From the NCBI GenBank assembly GCA_963849325.1, contig CAWKHF010000006.1, positions 1 to 64,000 on the forward strand: DNA of 64,000 nt. Direction: 5' to 3'. A model generated the notes under the pieces. It saw nothing but the letters and a program-made list of their open reading frames with translations, did not search any database and was not told the origin of the DNA. The DNA is from an uncultured Planctomycetota bacterium (GTDB taxonomy: Bacteria; Planctomycetota; Planctomycetia; Gemmatales; Gemmataceae). The stretch's first letter is position 1, and each line of letters opens with the position of its first letter. The translations under genes and the position numbers were made by a program. Shown here in pieces: positions 36,309 to 46,220 of this stretch.

Positions 36309-37715
36309 TCAATCGAGTTTCGGATTGTCTTCAATGGGCGTATCCGGTTGGGGCGGCCGAGCGCGTCCGCTGTGGGGCATCTCATCTTGGCGCGGCATGT
36401 CGGTGCGTTCCCATTGCAGCGGCAGCCACGGCACATCGCCCCACGGTACCGGCGGCAGGCCGCGCTCGCTGCGGATCTCGTTGATCGACACCACGCCGTA
36501 CTTGAGGTCGGCGATCTGCTGTTCCACCAGCAAGTTCTGATCGACCGGCACCGGATCTTCGCTGGCGAGGAACAGTCGGCCGGTCGGGTCGAACCGCGGC
36601 ACCAGTTGGGCGTTGAGCTTTTCGTCGCGGCGCTCCAGGCGCGGACCGATGGCCAGGCTCATGTGCTGGCTTTGCGACGCTTGCAAGTTGGCCAGGTTCG
36701 TCTGCGAGGTCAGGAAGGCAATCGGGACATGGAAGGCGTTGGCGATGTCATTTTTCGTCGCCGCCATGTCGGCCAGGGCGGCGAGGTCGCCCATCGACTG
36801 GTTGAGCAGCGACACCTTCAGCGACGACTCGGCCACGACCACCTTGCCCGTACCGCCCCGACGGAAGCGGTTGTTCCACTGCGTTTCGAGGCGGTCGCGC
36901 TCCTCCTCGCCCATGACTTCGTCGGGCGAGACGATGGCGTCGGGGATGGCATGGTTCTCGAACTTGGCCTTCTTGAAGGCGGCGTATTCGCTGGTGAGGG
37001 CGGCCTGCTCGAAGCAGGCCCGCAACGGCGACAGGCCGCTGGTGTACGGGTCGCGCGGATCGGGATAGGCGAAGTGGATGACCTGTTCCGGGGCGAAGTG
37101 CTCCTCACTACGGCCATTGCGATAGAGGTAGTAATCCACCAGGTTCGGGCTGTTGGGATCGCGGCGCGGCGTGACATTCTGCGACGGCAAGATCCAGATG
37201 GCGCGCGGCACGTTCCGCACCGGATCGAGGTCGAGATACCAGTAGGCGCTGCCGTGGACCTCCTGATACAGCGTGGTCAACTCCCAGAGATCAAATGCGG
37301 TGTGTGCCTGATTGGCGTACTGGAGCAAGGTCAACAGCGGGTGGTCGGTGACTTCCTCAATGCGGGCGGCGCTCTTGGTGCGCGTAGGCAGATGCGGCAG
37401 CGAACGCAGGCGGCGCTCTGTCCGCGGCGATAGTGCTTTCGTCAGACACTTCGGCCGCGGCTGATTGTGTTCGGTAATGACATACAAACGCGGTGGATAA
37501 TTGGCGCAGGTGGCGGCGTTGACGCTGGCGCAGGTCCAGGCGGTGTTCTTCAACTCCGCCAGGATCTCATTCGGCGTCGGTTGTCGGTTGCGCCGGTAGC
37601 TATCGACGAAGCTGGTGCCGGTCCACTGCGAGCCGGCCAGCGCGAACGGCATGCTCTTGGGCCGCACCCACTGGGCCAACCGCAGCAGCGTTTGGGCGAG
37701 GAGAGTACGCATCAT
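36309..37715 (-). CDS. HK97-family portal protein
   Basis: HPLLTLL, HGSAYW, EQVIHF, GLSPL, IANAFHVP and SINEIRSERGLPP; start overlaps the TerL stop. Confidence 0.93.
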   Translation of the reverse strand: MMRTLLAQTLLRLAQWVRPKSMPFALAGSQWTGTSFVDSYRRNRQPTPNEILAELKNTAWTCASVNAATCANYPPRLYVITEHNQPRPKCLTKALSPRTERRLRSLPHLPTRTKSAARIEEVTDHPLLTLLQYANQAHTAFDLWELTTLYQEVHGSAYWYLDLDPVRNVPRAIWILPSQNVTPRRDPNSPNLVDYYLYRNGRSEEHFAPEQVIHFAYPDPRDPYTSGLSPLRACFEQAALTSEYAAFKKAKFENHAIPDAIVSPDEVMGEEERDRLETQWNNRFRRGGTGKVVVAESSLKVSLLNQSMGDLAALADMAATKNDIANAFHVPIAFLTSQTNLANLQASQSQHMSLAIGPRLERRDEKLNAQLVPRFDPTGRLFLASEDPVPVDQNLLVEQQIADLKYGVVSINEIRSERGLPPVPWGDVPWLPLQWERTDMPRQDEMPHSGRARPPQPDTPIEDNPKLD

Positions 37716-39004
37716 GACAGCTTGGTCCACAAGTCCTCAGGATCGATGCCCTGGTCCACAACCGGCTTCCGGTCGCCGTGCTCGCCGGAGCGCTTGCGAA
37801 GCCGGGCGATGAAGTGCGCGTCCAGGCGCGAGATGAGATAGCGCAGGGCGCCCAGGGCGTGATTGTGGTCGTCCACCGGGTTTTCGCCGCGCAGGAGGCG
37901 CTCGGCCGCCGTGGGATAGCGATACAGCCGCGCTTCGCGGAGAAGGTTGGGGCAGGCGTCGCGCCGCACCTTGAGCCGGCCGGTGCGCAGACGCGCCGCG
38001 ACGGCGGCGATGCCCGGCCGAATGTCGTTATCGCCGCGGCGGACGACCCGGCCGCTCGCTCGCAATTCCTCGATCTCGGTACGGCCGGCGGGATCGGCGT
38101 ACCACATCACCTCGCCCAGCTCGCGCAGGGCGGCGGCGTGTTCGTGCAGCGGCGTCTCACGGCGGTAGCGCTCGCCAGCGATCCACAGCACGTCATCGCG
38201 GTCGAGCACGCCCCACACCGCCGCGAACGGATTGCGCCAGCCGAAATCGATGCCGCCGACCAGCCGGCCAGAGACCTCCGGCCAATCGTCCACCAGTGCC
38301 TGCTCGAAATCGGGATAAACCAGACCTTCGAGAGCGGTAAAGAGACATTCGTATTCCTGCTGCACCCACGACAGGCCCATCGCGCGCGTCTCCTCGGCGA
38401 TGAACGACGGCGTGATGCGGGGGCAATCGCGCCAGGTGATGCGGACCTTTTTCCACGGCCCCTCGCTCTCCCACTCCTGCCAGAACCAGCCGCGTTGGCC
38501 GAACGGCGTGCTCAGGGCGACGAGCCGTCCCTGCGACACGGCGAGCATGGGGCGGACGCTGCGATACAGGTCGTCGGGGATGCGGGCGGCCTCGTCGAGC
38601 ACCAGCAGGTTGACGCCGCCGAAGGAGCGGATGGTGCCTTCGCGTCCGGGCAGACAGAGGACGCGCGAACCGTTGGCCAACTCCAGGCGCAGCTGCGTCT
38701 GCTGTCGCGCCGGCAGCGGTTTGCCCAGCGCCTTGTAGGCGTCGAGCACCTTGCGGAAAATCTCGCTGCTCTGCCGCTGCGACGGCGACAACAGCAGCAC
38801 CAGCGCGCCGGCCGTGAACAGGGCCGTGTGCAGCGCCAGGGCGCTGACGACGGTGCTCTTGCCGCTCTGGCGGCTGCAATTGAGTAAAATTTGACGCTCG
38901 GCGGACAAGAGGAATGCTCGCTGCCAGGGGTCGGGAGGGATGCCACGGGCCTCGAGAATGCGGGAGGGATCGAGGGCCAGGGCGAGCAGATGTTGCAGGT
39001 CCAC
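37712..39004 (-). CDS. terL: Terminase large subunit
   Basis: PWQ adenine motif, Walker A SRQSGKS, Walker B LVLDEA, STP coupling motif, QEY and RNase H-like GIDFG. Confidence 0.92.
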   Translation of the reverse strand: MDLQHLLALALDPSRILEARGIPPDPWQRAFLLSAERQILLNCSRQSGKSTVVSALALHTALFTAGALVLLLSPSQRQSSEIFRKVLDAYKALGKPLPARQQTQLRLELANGSRVLCLPGREGTIRSFGGVNLLVLDEAARIPDDLYRSVRPMLAVSQGRLVALSTPFGQRGWFWQEWESEGPWKKVRITWRDCPRITPSFIAEETRAMGLSWVQQEYECLFTALEGLVYPDFEQALVDDWPEVSGRLVGGIDFGWRNPFAAVWGVLDRDDVLWIAGERYRRETPLHEHAAALRELGEVMWYADPAGRTEIEELRASGRVVRRGDNDIRPGIAAVAARLRTGRLKVRRDACPNLLREARLYRYPTAAERLLRGENPVDDHNHALGALRYLISRLDAHFIARLRKRSGEHGDRKPVVDQGIDPEDLWTKLS

Positions 39005-39149
39005 AACTTCGATACTATCCTGATGAAGGGGGTTGTTAAGAGAGCAGATTTGACGATTTTCCTGGGTTTTTTCCGCCCGTCCAATCGGCGAGGTGGTGTA
39101 GAATGAGAGAGCGACTCGTGGGGGATGGATAGATCGCGGAGGTGCTGCG

Positions 39150-39392
39150 ATGCCGGTGCTCCATCTGAAAGACATGCCGAACGAGGTTTACGAACGGCTT
39201 CGGCAACTCGCCGCGGTTCATCAAAGTAGTCCGGAAGCGGAAGCGGTTCGTCTACTCTGCTATCTTCTACTCGAACATCCGTCCGATCGTTCCCAGGCGG
39301 AACTCCTGGCCGAGCTGCGCCGCTGTAGTTTTACTCCGCCGCCCGGCACGCCGGACAGCGTCGCGCTGCTGGCGGAGGACCGGGGACGATGA
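39150..39392 (+). CDS. FitA-like ribbon-helix-helix antitoxin
   Basis: MPVLHLKDMPNEVYERLRQLAA...S.EAE...DSVALLAEDR; overlaps the PIN gene start. Confidence 0.75.
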   Translation: MPVLHLKDMPNEVYERLRQLAAVHQSSPEAEAVRLLCYLLLEHPSDRSQAELLAELRRCSFTPPPGTPDSVALLAEDRGR

Positions 39393-39485
39393 TTGCCAGC
39401 CCCATCGCGTGCGTGGTGGATGCCAGCGTGGCCATCAAGCTGGTCATCACGGAACCTCTGTCGAATGAAGCCTTGAAGCGAACAA
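39389..39485 (+). pseudogene. Truncated VapC/PIN toxin
   Basis: VVDASVAIKL..EP.S..A PIN N-terminus; the ORF runs into a family C palindrome and loses the rest of the domain. Confidence 0.7.
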
Positions 39486-39531
39486 CGAGCCTGAAGCGTA
39501 AGCGAAGAGCTTCGCTTACGCTTCCGGCTCG
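39486..39531. repeat. REP-like palindrome family C
   Basis: Homologous to 26568-26642. Confidence 0.85.
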
Positions 39532-39551
39532 GAGAGGAATGCCTACGTCTA

Positions 39552-40202
39552 TCAAGGGGCCGATCGCAGCTCCACGATGGTGATGTCCTTGAACCACACC
39601 TCCGCCGGGCCGCCGCCGTGAATCTGCAGGCCAATCCGCCCCTGCTGGGGGATTTTCTCGTCTTTCTCCGTGTAATCGACGGCGAGCACGCCATTGATGA
39701 AGGTACGAAGGCGTCGGCCCTCGGCCCGGATCTCATATTCGTTCCAGTCGCCGCGCCGCAGCACCTTGTTGATCTTCTCCATGTCCGACTGCGCCAGCAC
39801 CTTTTTCCGCCGCGATTCGTCGTAAATGCAGCCCCACCAGCTCGGGTCGCCGAGGTCGGCCTGGTAACCGATCATCTCGCTGCCCTCCGGCGCACGCTGG
39901 CTGCGGAACTGCACGCCGGAGTTGACGAAGCCCTTCGTGGAGTTGCCCAGGAGCTTGAATTTCAGACGCAGGACGAAGTCACCGTAGCTGCGCTTGGTGG
40001 CGAGAAATTCGTTGCGGGGGACTTTCTTCGTCCGCGAACCGCCGACGATACAGCCGTCCTCGATGCGCCACGTCGTCTTGGTGTCGCCGTCCCAGCCGTC
40101 GAAGGTCTTGCCGTCGAACAGGGACACGGGCTTGTCCTCGGCAGAGGCGGCGACGCCGGCGAGGGCGAGGGCGAGAAGGATGACCGTGGTAAGTTTCCGC
40201 AT
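39552..40202 (-). CDS. DUF1080 / 3-keto-disaccharide hydrolase family protein
   Basis: LFDGKTFDGW, NSGVQFRS, GYQAD, WNEYEI and GRIGLQIH. Confidence 0.92.
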   Translation of the reverse strand: MRKLTTVILLALALAGVAASAEDKPVSLFDGKTFDGWDGDTKTTWRIEDGCIVGGSRTKKVPRNEFLATKRSYGDFVLRLKFKLLGNSTKGFVNSGVQFRSQRAPEGSEMIGYQADLGDPSWWGCIYDESRRKKVLAQSDMEKINKVLRRGDWNEYEIRAEGRRLRTFINGVLAVDYTEKDEKIPQQGRIGLQIHGGGPAEVWFKDITIVELRSAP

Positions 40203-40281
40203 GTTCCATCTCCCGGGTTCGGACCAGCGTTCGTGGTTGAGACGGGCGGTATTCTATGGCGCCGAACAACTCAAGATCCAT

Positions 40282-42033
40282 TCACGGGCCCGCCGGGGCA
40301 TCCCCCATGTCCCGCCGAACCGCATCGGTTTGCGGCAACACCGTCCGCCGCTCCGCGAGCCATCGTCCGAACAGACCGGACTTCCCCAGGCTGACGAGCA
40401 CGGCCAGGGCGAACAGGGCCAGGCCCCAGGCGATCTGGTCCAGGCCCATGACGATCTGTCTCAGCCAGCCGTAGCCGCGTCCGCCGGCCACGGACAGCCA
40501 GCAGACCACGATCAGCGCGGCCGCCGCCACCGAGAAGCGTTGGCCGAGCAGTCGGCCGTATCCCGCCAGGAGAACGGCCAGGACCAGTGGATAAAGCGCC
40601 ATCACCCACGATGGCAGACTCGCCGGCCGATCCACTCCGTCAAAGATCACGGCCAGGCCGGCCAGCAGCACCAGGACGGAGCCGGCCAGGCGCAGCCAAC
40701 GGGCCAGCGTATCGTCGAAGGCGGCGCCAACGACGAGCAGGACGAACAGGGCCAGGTGGAAGAGGACCGGGTCGAGCAAGGCGACGGGGGCGGTTTCCTT
40801 CGGCACGGCCAGGGCCGCGATGCCGCCCAGTCCGCCGGCGAGGAGCCAGCGCCAGGACTGGCGGCGCCGCAGTCCCAGCTCCAGTTGCAAGACAGCGGCG
40901 GCCAACAGCGGCGTCGGGCGCGGGGAGACCAGTTCATGCCGATCCAGCGTATCCGGGCCGACGACGGCCAGTGCAATCAGCGCCGCCGTCAACGCCTCGG
41001 TGGCCAGTGACACGCGACGCAGCGCCGCGTACCCGTAGAACCCCGCCGACATCAGCAGCGTCACGGACAGCGGATCGTCCACTCGGGCGGCGAACAGCGC
41101 CAGGAATTGACGATAAATCGGATCGTCACGGTGTCCGACCACGGTCAGGACGATGAGGACGGCCGGGAGGACCAGCGCCGTCCCGAGCACACCGGGGCGG
41201 CGCACGACGAGACCGGCTTCCAGCAGGAGCACGGCGAGGGCCAGCCCAAAAGGCACCAGGAAGAAGGGACCAAAGACCAGGTAGTCGCGGTCGTCGGCGC
41301 TGAGCAGCTGCATCGACCAGCACAGCAGGAAGGACCGCGCCGGGACCGCCAGACCGAGCAGTCCAAACAGCACCCAGGGGTACAGCGGCCAGCGCCAGGG
41401 GCTGCCGTTGTCGCGGACGTAGTCGGGGCCGCGCCGGACGGCCGGCAACAGTGTCAGGAAAACGAGGCCGGCCAGCGGCGCGAAGGCGAATAGGCCCCAC
41501 ATCAACGCCTCGCTCCGCGGATCGGCCAGCAGGGGGCGCAGGGCCAGCGGGTAGAGGAAGAACAATCCGAGGACCAGGTAATACGGCCCGCGAAACCACG
41601 CCGGCAGTATAAGTCGAGTGCCACGCAACAATCCCTCACTCACCACGACCGTGAAAAAAAGACCCGTAAGATAGCAAATCAACCCTCGTTCCGGGTCGAG
41701 GACGAGCACCTCGTCGAACGTCACCGACGTGGCCAGAAACATCAGCACAACCAGGAGCAGCACGGTCCGCACGTCGTCCCAGACGTTGCCGAACCGCACC
41801 AGCAGGCAGGCGGTGATGGCCAACAGCAGGGTGTAGCCGGCCAGCCCGGACATCAGCGCCCAGGTATCCACTTCCCGCGACTGCGCCCCGAAGGACATCC
41901 ACAGGCCAATAAGGAAAAGGCCGGCGCTGAGGACGTAAAAGGGATTGCTGGTGCAGACCCAGCGGAGCAAACCTCGCCCGCCCCGAACCGAGGGCGGCGC
42001 GGACGTGACTCGGACATCGATGTGTGGCGTCAT
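40282..42033 (-). CDS. Multi-pass membrane hypothetical protein
   Basis: Long intact ORF with many TM helices (NPFYVLSA, WDDVRT). Confidence 0.75.
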   Translation of the reverse strand: MTPHIDVRVTSAPPSVRGGRGLLRWVCTSNPFYVLSAGLFLIGLWMSFGAQSREVDTWALMSGLAGYTLLLAITACLLVRFGNVWDDVRTVLLLVVLMFLATSVTFDEVLVLDPERGLICYLTGLFFTVVVSEGLLRGTRLILPAWFRGPYYLVLGLFFLYPLALRPLLADPRSEALMWGLFAFAPLAGLVFLTLLPAVRRGPDYVRDNGSPWRWPLYPWVLFGLLGLAVPARSFLLCWSMQLLSADDRDYLVFGPFFLVPFGLALAVLLLEAGLVVRRPGVLGTALVLPAVLIVLTVVGHRDDPIYRQFLALFAARVDDPLSVTLLMSAGFYGYAALRRVSLATEALTAALIALAVVGPDTLDRHELVSPRPTPLLAAAVLQLELGLRRRQSWRWLLAGGLGGIAALAVPKETAPVALLDPVLFHLALFVLLVVGAAFDDTLARWLRLAGSVLVLLAGLAVIFDGVDRPASLPSWVMALYPLVLAVLLAGYGRLLGQRFSVAAAALIVVCWLSVAGGRGYGWLRQIVMGLDQIAWGLALFALAVLVSLGKSGLFGRWLAERRTVLPQTDAVRRDMGDAPAGP

Positions 42034-42295
42034 GACAGGGGCCTCCGGACGTGATGGGATCGACCGCGGACCCCAGACCAGAGATGATGAGACCGACAAG
42101 GCTGAGGCCCGACCGTATCGGCATCATACCCCGCCTCGCCGGGCGAACGCAACATTTGACCCCCTTGCAATCCTGTCCTACAGTTCGACAGGAACAGACT
42201 GATTCGCAACCCCCTCCCTCCCCTCGTCCCGGCAGTCTGTGCTTTCGCCACAATCTCCCGTCGCTTGAAGAGACTCGTGGAGGAGCTTTTCTTTT

Positions 42296-44257
42296 ATGCG
42301 ACGCACCACCCTGTTCGCGGGGGTGCGGGCGCCGAGGGAGCTGCGCGCCCGCCGTTTTCGTCTCGGCCTGGAAATCCTGGAAGATCGCCTCCTGCCGTCG
42401 GGCAATCCGCTCGACGCCTTCGCCGGTTTCGCCAACCCCGGCGTCGAGCTGGCCTCCGCCGGCCTGATGTCGCCGGCGGGCGGTACGGGACAGCCCTACG
42501 GCTTCAGTCCCCAGCAGATCAGCCAGGCTTACGGTTTCAACCTCATCACCTTTAACAACGGCAGCGTCGCGGGCAACGGCGCCAGCCAAACCATCGCCAT
42601 CATCGACGCCTACAATCAGCCCAACATCGCCGGAGATTTGCAGGCGTTCGACTCCATGTACGGACTGCCGGCCCCGCCGAATTTTCGCGTGGTCAACCAG
42701 AACGGCGGCGGCCCTTTGCCCGCGACCGATACGGGTTGGGGTCTGGAGATCAGCCTCGACGTGGAATGGGCGCATGCCGTGGCGCCGCAGGCCAACATCC
42801 TGCTCGTCGAGGCCAACAGCAACAGCACGCCGGACCTGCTGGCGGCGGTCAACTATGCCCGCAATCAGCCGAACGTGTCGGTCGTGTCGATGAGCTGGGG
42901 CGGCGGCGAATGGAGCGACGAAGCCTCGTATGACAGCTATTTCACCACGCCGGCCGGACACACGGGTGTCACGTTCGTGGCCTCCAGCGGCGACAACGGC
43001 TCCGGCGGCGCACCGTTGTTTCCGTCGATCTCCACCAACGTCCTGGCCGTCGGCGGCACGCAGTTGAACACCGACAGCGCGGGCAATTACCAGGGCGAGT
43101 CGGCCTGGAGCGGCAGCGGCGGCGGCATCAGTGCCTACCAATCGCAGCCGGGCTACCAGCGCGGCGTGGTGACGCAAACCAGCAGTCGCCGCGCCGTGCC
43201 GGACGTCTCCTACGACGCCTCCACCAGCACGCCGTTCGCCGTCTACGATTCGTCGGGTTACAGCGGCTGGTTGGCGGTCGGCGGCACCAGTGCGGGAGCG
43301 CCGCAGTGGGCTGGCCTCCTGGCCATCGCCAATCAGGGCCGCGCCCTGGCCGGCGAGGGCACACTCGACGGCGCCACGCAAACCCTGCCGATGCTGTATC
43401 AGCTACCGCAGAGCGATTTCCACGACGTCCTCAGCGGCAGCAACGGTGGTTATTTGGCCGGCACCGGCTACGATCTCGTCACGGGCCGCGGTTCGCCGCT
43501 GGCGAACCTGGTGGTCTCCGGCCTGGTCGGCAGCACGTCCGCCAACCCGCCGTGGGTCGTCACGCCGGCCAGCGCCACGTCTAACTCGGTGACGGGCACC
43601 ACGACCGGCCTGAGCGTTCGCGGCAACGACGACGGCGGCGCCGGCAGCCTGACGTACACGTGGTCGGTCCTCAGTGGGCCGGCCGGCGCCGCGGCGCCGA
43701 CGTTCACTGTCAACGGTAGCAACGCGGCCCAGAACACGACGGCCCTCTTTTCGCAGGCCGGCACCTACACCTTCCAGGTTGCCATCCGCGATGCCGCCGG
43801 CCTGGCCGTCACCAGTGATGTCACGGTGACGGTGAACCAGACCTGGAGCAGCGTCCTCGTCACGCCCGGCAGCTCCAGCGTGAGTACGGGTGGCGTCGTG
43901 CAGCTCACGGCCCTCGCTCGCGATCAGTTCGGCAACGCCATGAGTCAGCAGCCGACGTGGACGTGGACGCTCTCCGGCCCCGGCTCCCTGTCCGGCAACG
44001 GCGTCTATGTCGCCCCGTCCGCCGGCAGCGGCAACGCCGTCGTGCAAGCCTCCGCCGCCGGTATGTCCGGCTCCGCATCGGTTTCGTTCGCGGCCCCGAC
44101 GCCGCCTCCTTCCAGCCCGCCCAGCCCGCCCAGTCCGCCGGTCGCGTCCAGTCCCTGGGCCGCCTGGCTGCGGCTCATCGACCAGTTCATCGCTCAGTTC
44201 TCGTACTTCCAATCCTTCTGGCAATCGCTGTTCGGCGGGCGGCCGAGTGCCGGCTAA
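42296..44257 (+). CDS. Secreted S53 (sedolisin/kumamolisin-like) peptidase with planctomycete extracellular leader and PKD/Ig-like domains
   Basis: LEILEDRLLPS, EISLDVE, SMSWG, ASSGDNG, GGTSAGAP and GYDLVTGRGSP. Confidence 0.9.
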   Translation: MRRTTLFAGVRAPRELRARRFRLGLEILEDRLLPSGNPLDAFAGFANPGVELASAGLMSPAGGTGQPYGFSPQQISQAYGFNLITFNNGSVAGNGASQTIAIIDAYNQPNIAGDLQAFDSMYGLPAPPNFRVVNQNGGGPLPATDTGWGLEISLDVEWAHAVAPQANILLVEANSNSTPDLLAAVNYARNQPNVSVVSMSWGGGEWSDEASYDSYFTTPAGHTGVTFVASSGDNGSGGAPLFPSISTNVLAVGGTQLNTDSAGNYQGESAWSGSGGGISAYQSQPGYQRGVVTQTSSRRAVPDVSYDASTSTPFAVYDSSGYSGWLAVGGTSAGAPQWAGLLAIANQGRALAGEGTLDGATQTLPMLYQLPQSDFHDVLSGSNGGYLAGTGYDLVTGRGSPLANLVVSGLVGSTSANPPWVVTPASATSNSVTGTTTGLSVRGNDDGGAGSLTYTWSVLSGPAGAAAPTFTVNGSNAAQNTTALFSQAGTYTFQVAIRDAAGLAVTSDVTVTVNQTWSSVLVTPGSSSVSTGGVVQLTALARDQFGNAMSQQPTWTWTLSGPGSLSGNGVYVAPSAGSGNAVVQASAAGMSGSASVSFAAPTPPPSSPPSPPSPPVASSPWAAWLRLIDQFIAQFSYFQSFWQSLFGGRPSAG

Positions 44258-44262
44258 AAAAA

Positions 44263-44355
44263 TGAACCACGGATAACACGGATAACACGGATAAAGACAA
44301 AAGGAAGAAAGTTTTCTTTGTCTTTATCCGTGTTATCCGTGTTATCCGTGGTTCA
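44263..44355. repeat. Nonamer tandem (ACACGGATA)n with inverted copy
   Basis: Same family as 20424-20516; long hairpin. Confidence 0.88.
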
Positions 44356-44401
44356 ATTGCTTTCTTGAAACCGCAGGGGGAGCAAGCGGGTATTTTCTTT
44401 C

Positions 44402-45610
44402 ATGGCCGACCGCTTCGATGCTCTGCCCGTCCGCGATAACCCCGGCGTCATCCTGGAAGTATTGCCCGGCGACGACCGGCCGCCGCGATCCGGTGCTGCG
44501 TGTGCTGTTGTTCGGCTGGGAGTGGGTGCGAGCCGTTGGATCAATGCTGGAATGGCTGTTCGGCGTCGCGGTGCTGATGGTCGGTCTGGCGGCGCTCGCC
44601 GCCCTGCCGGTGCTGCAATTCCTCAGCCTGGGCTATCTGCTGGAAGCCGGCGCCCGGGTGGCACGGTGCGGACGCCTGCGCGACGGCTTCATCGGCGTGC
44701 GCCTGGCGGCCCGATTGGGGGGCGTCGTGCTGGGCATCTGGCTCATGCTGCTGCCGGTTCGCCTGGTCGCGGACACTGGCCCACTCGGCGCACGTCATCG
44801 ACCCCGGCGGCCGCGTGGCCGCCGGCTGGCGCATCGGCCTGCTCGTGCTCATCGGCTTGACGGCGTTCCACGTCGGCACCGCCTGCGCGCGGCGGCCGAC
44901 TGCGTTACTTTCTTCTGGCCGTTCAATTTCCTCTGGGTGCTGCGCCGCCTCGTTCGCGGCGGCTACTACGCCGAGGCACGCGATGCCGTCTGGGACGTCG
45001 CACGATCACTGCGTCTGCCGTACTATTTCTGGCTGGGCTTCCGCGGCTTCGTCGGCGCGCTGGCCTGGCTGGCCCTGCCGGTCACGCTGCTCGCCCTCGG
45101 CCAAGGCCGCTCTCCGTTCGCTTTCCTGATCGGCTTGCAGGGGCGCTGTTGCTGGCGCTCGTGCTGCTGTACCTGCCCTTCTTGCAGATGCGTCTGGCCG
45201 TCACCAATCGCCTGTCGGCGGTCTTCGAGTTCGGGGCGGTGCGCGAGGAGTTTCGCCGGGCGCCGTGGGCCTACGCCTTCGCCTTCCTGGCGACGCTGCT
45301 GTTCGCCCTGCCGCTGTACCTGCTCAAGATCGAGATGGTGCCGCGCGAGGCCGCCTGGCTGCCGAGCCTGGTGTTCATCCTCTTCATCTTCCCGGCGCGT
45401 CTGCTGACCGGCTGGGCCGTGTCGCGCGCTCGCCATCGTCGGACGCCGCGCCATTGGTTCTTCCGCTGGACCGGCCGTCTGCCGCTCGTCCCCGCGGCGC
45501 TGTTCTACGTGCTCATCGTCTTCTTCACGCAGTACACCAGCTGGAACGGCGTCTGGAGCCTGTACGAGCAGCACGCCTTCCTCGTGCCGGTGCCGTTCTT
45601 CGGGATGTGA
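44402..45610 (+). CDS. Membrane protein (multiple frameshifts)
   Basis: Hydrophobic segments across ORFs 44418, 44815 and 45149 (LGYLLEA, LPLYLLKIE, YEQHAFLVPVPF). Confidence 0.65.
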
Positions 45611-45784
45611 TGCCACTCCGGGCACTTCTTCCCGGTCGGCGACGACTCGAAGAATGGATCGCCGGCAACCTGAAAAAGAGACCGCGCCGGGTCGAAATTT
45701 CCTTGACGGCTGCGCAAGGTTGCGGATAGATAAGGATAGCCGTGCTAGGTCGCGCACGCCCTTGCTAGATCGCGCAGACCCGTG

Positions 45785-45944
45785 CTAAATAGCTCCACAC
45801 AATAGCGAAAGTGGCTGAGGTCCAGCTTCGTTGACAATTAGCAGCTACCAAACGCAGGAAAATCCGGCATTTTTGCGGTTGAGCGCCGAACTTTCGGCGC
45901 TGATACTCAACAACACACTTTCGCTATTGTGTGGTTCTATTTAG
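45785..45944. mobile_element. MITE-like element with ~29 bp terminal inverted repeats
   Basis: ctaaatag-ct-ccacacaatagcgaaagtg ... cactttcgctattgtgtgg-tt-ctatttag; no ORF. Confidence 0.55.
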
Positions 45945-46220
45945 GTTGCGCAGCAGCCGTGCTAGGTCGCGCAGACCCTTGCTAGATCGCACACGTGCGC
46001 GATATAATCAGATGTTCGGCCCGGCAAGCCCGGCTCCCGGGGAGGCAAAAAGTGGCCGGAGGGGGTTGCGGTCAAGCCCCCGGCGCGATAAGGTGCTCGG
46101 TTGGAGGCGACTATGCCGAACCAGGGCGCATCACACCGCCTGTCCGAGTAGGTGATCGAGCAAGTTCCCCCGAACTCTCGGGTGAATCCCGGTTCAATCC
46201 TGTTAACAAGGGAGATAGAG

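Noticed and set aside
45740-45992. Possible CRISPR array
   Set aside because: The units are adjacent ~20-bp tandem repeats without regular unique spacers, and there are no cas genes in the window.
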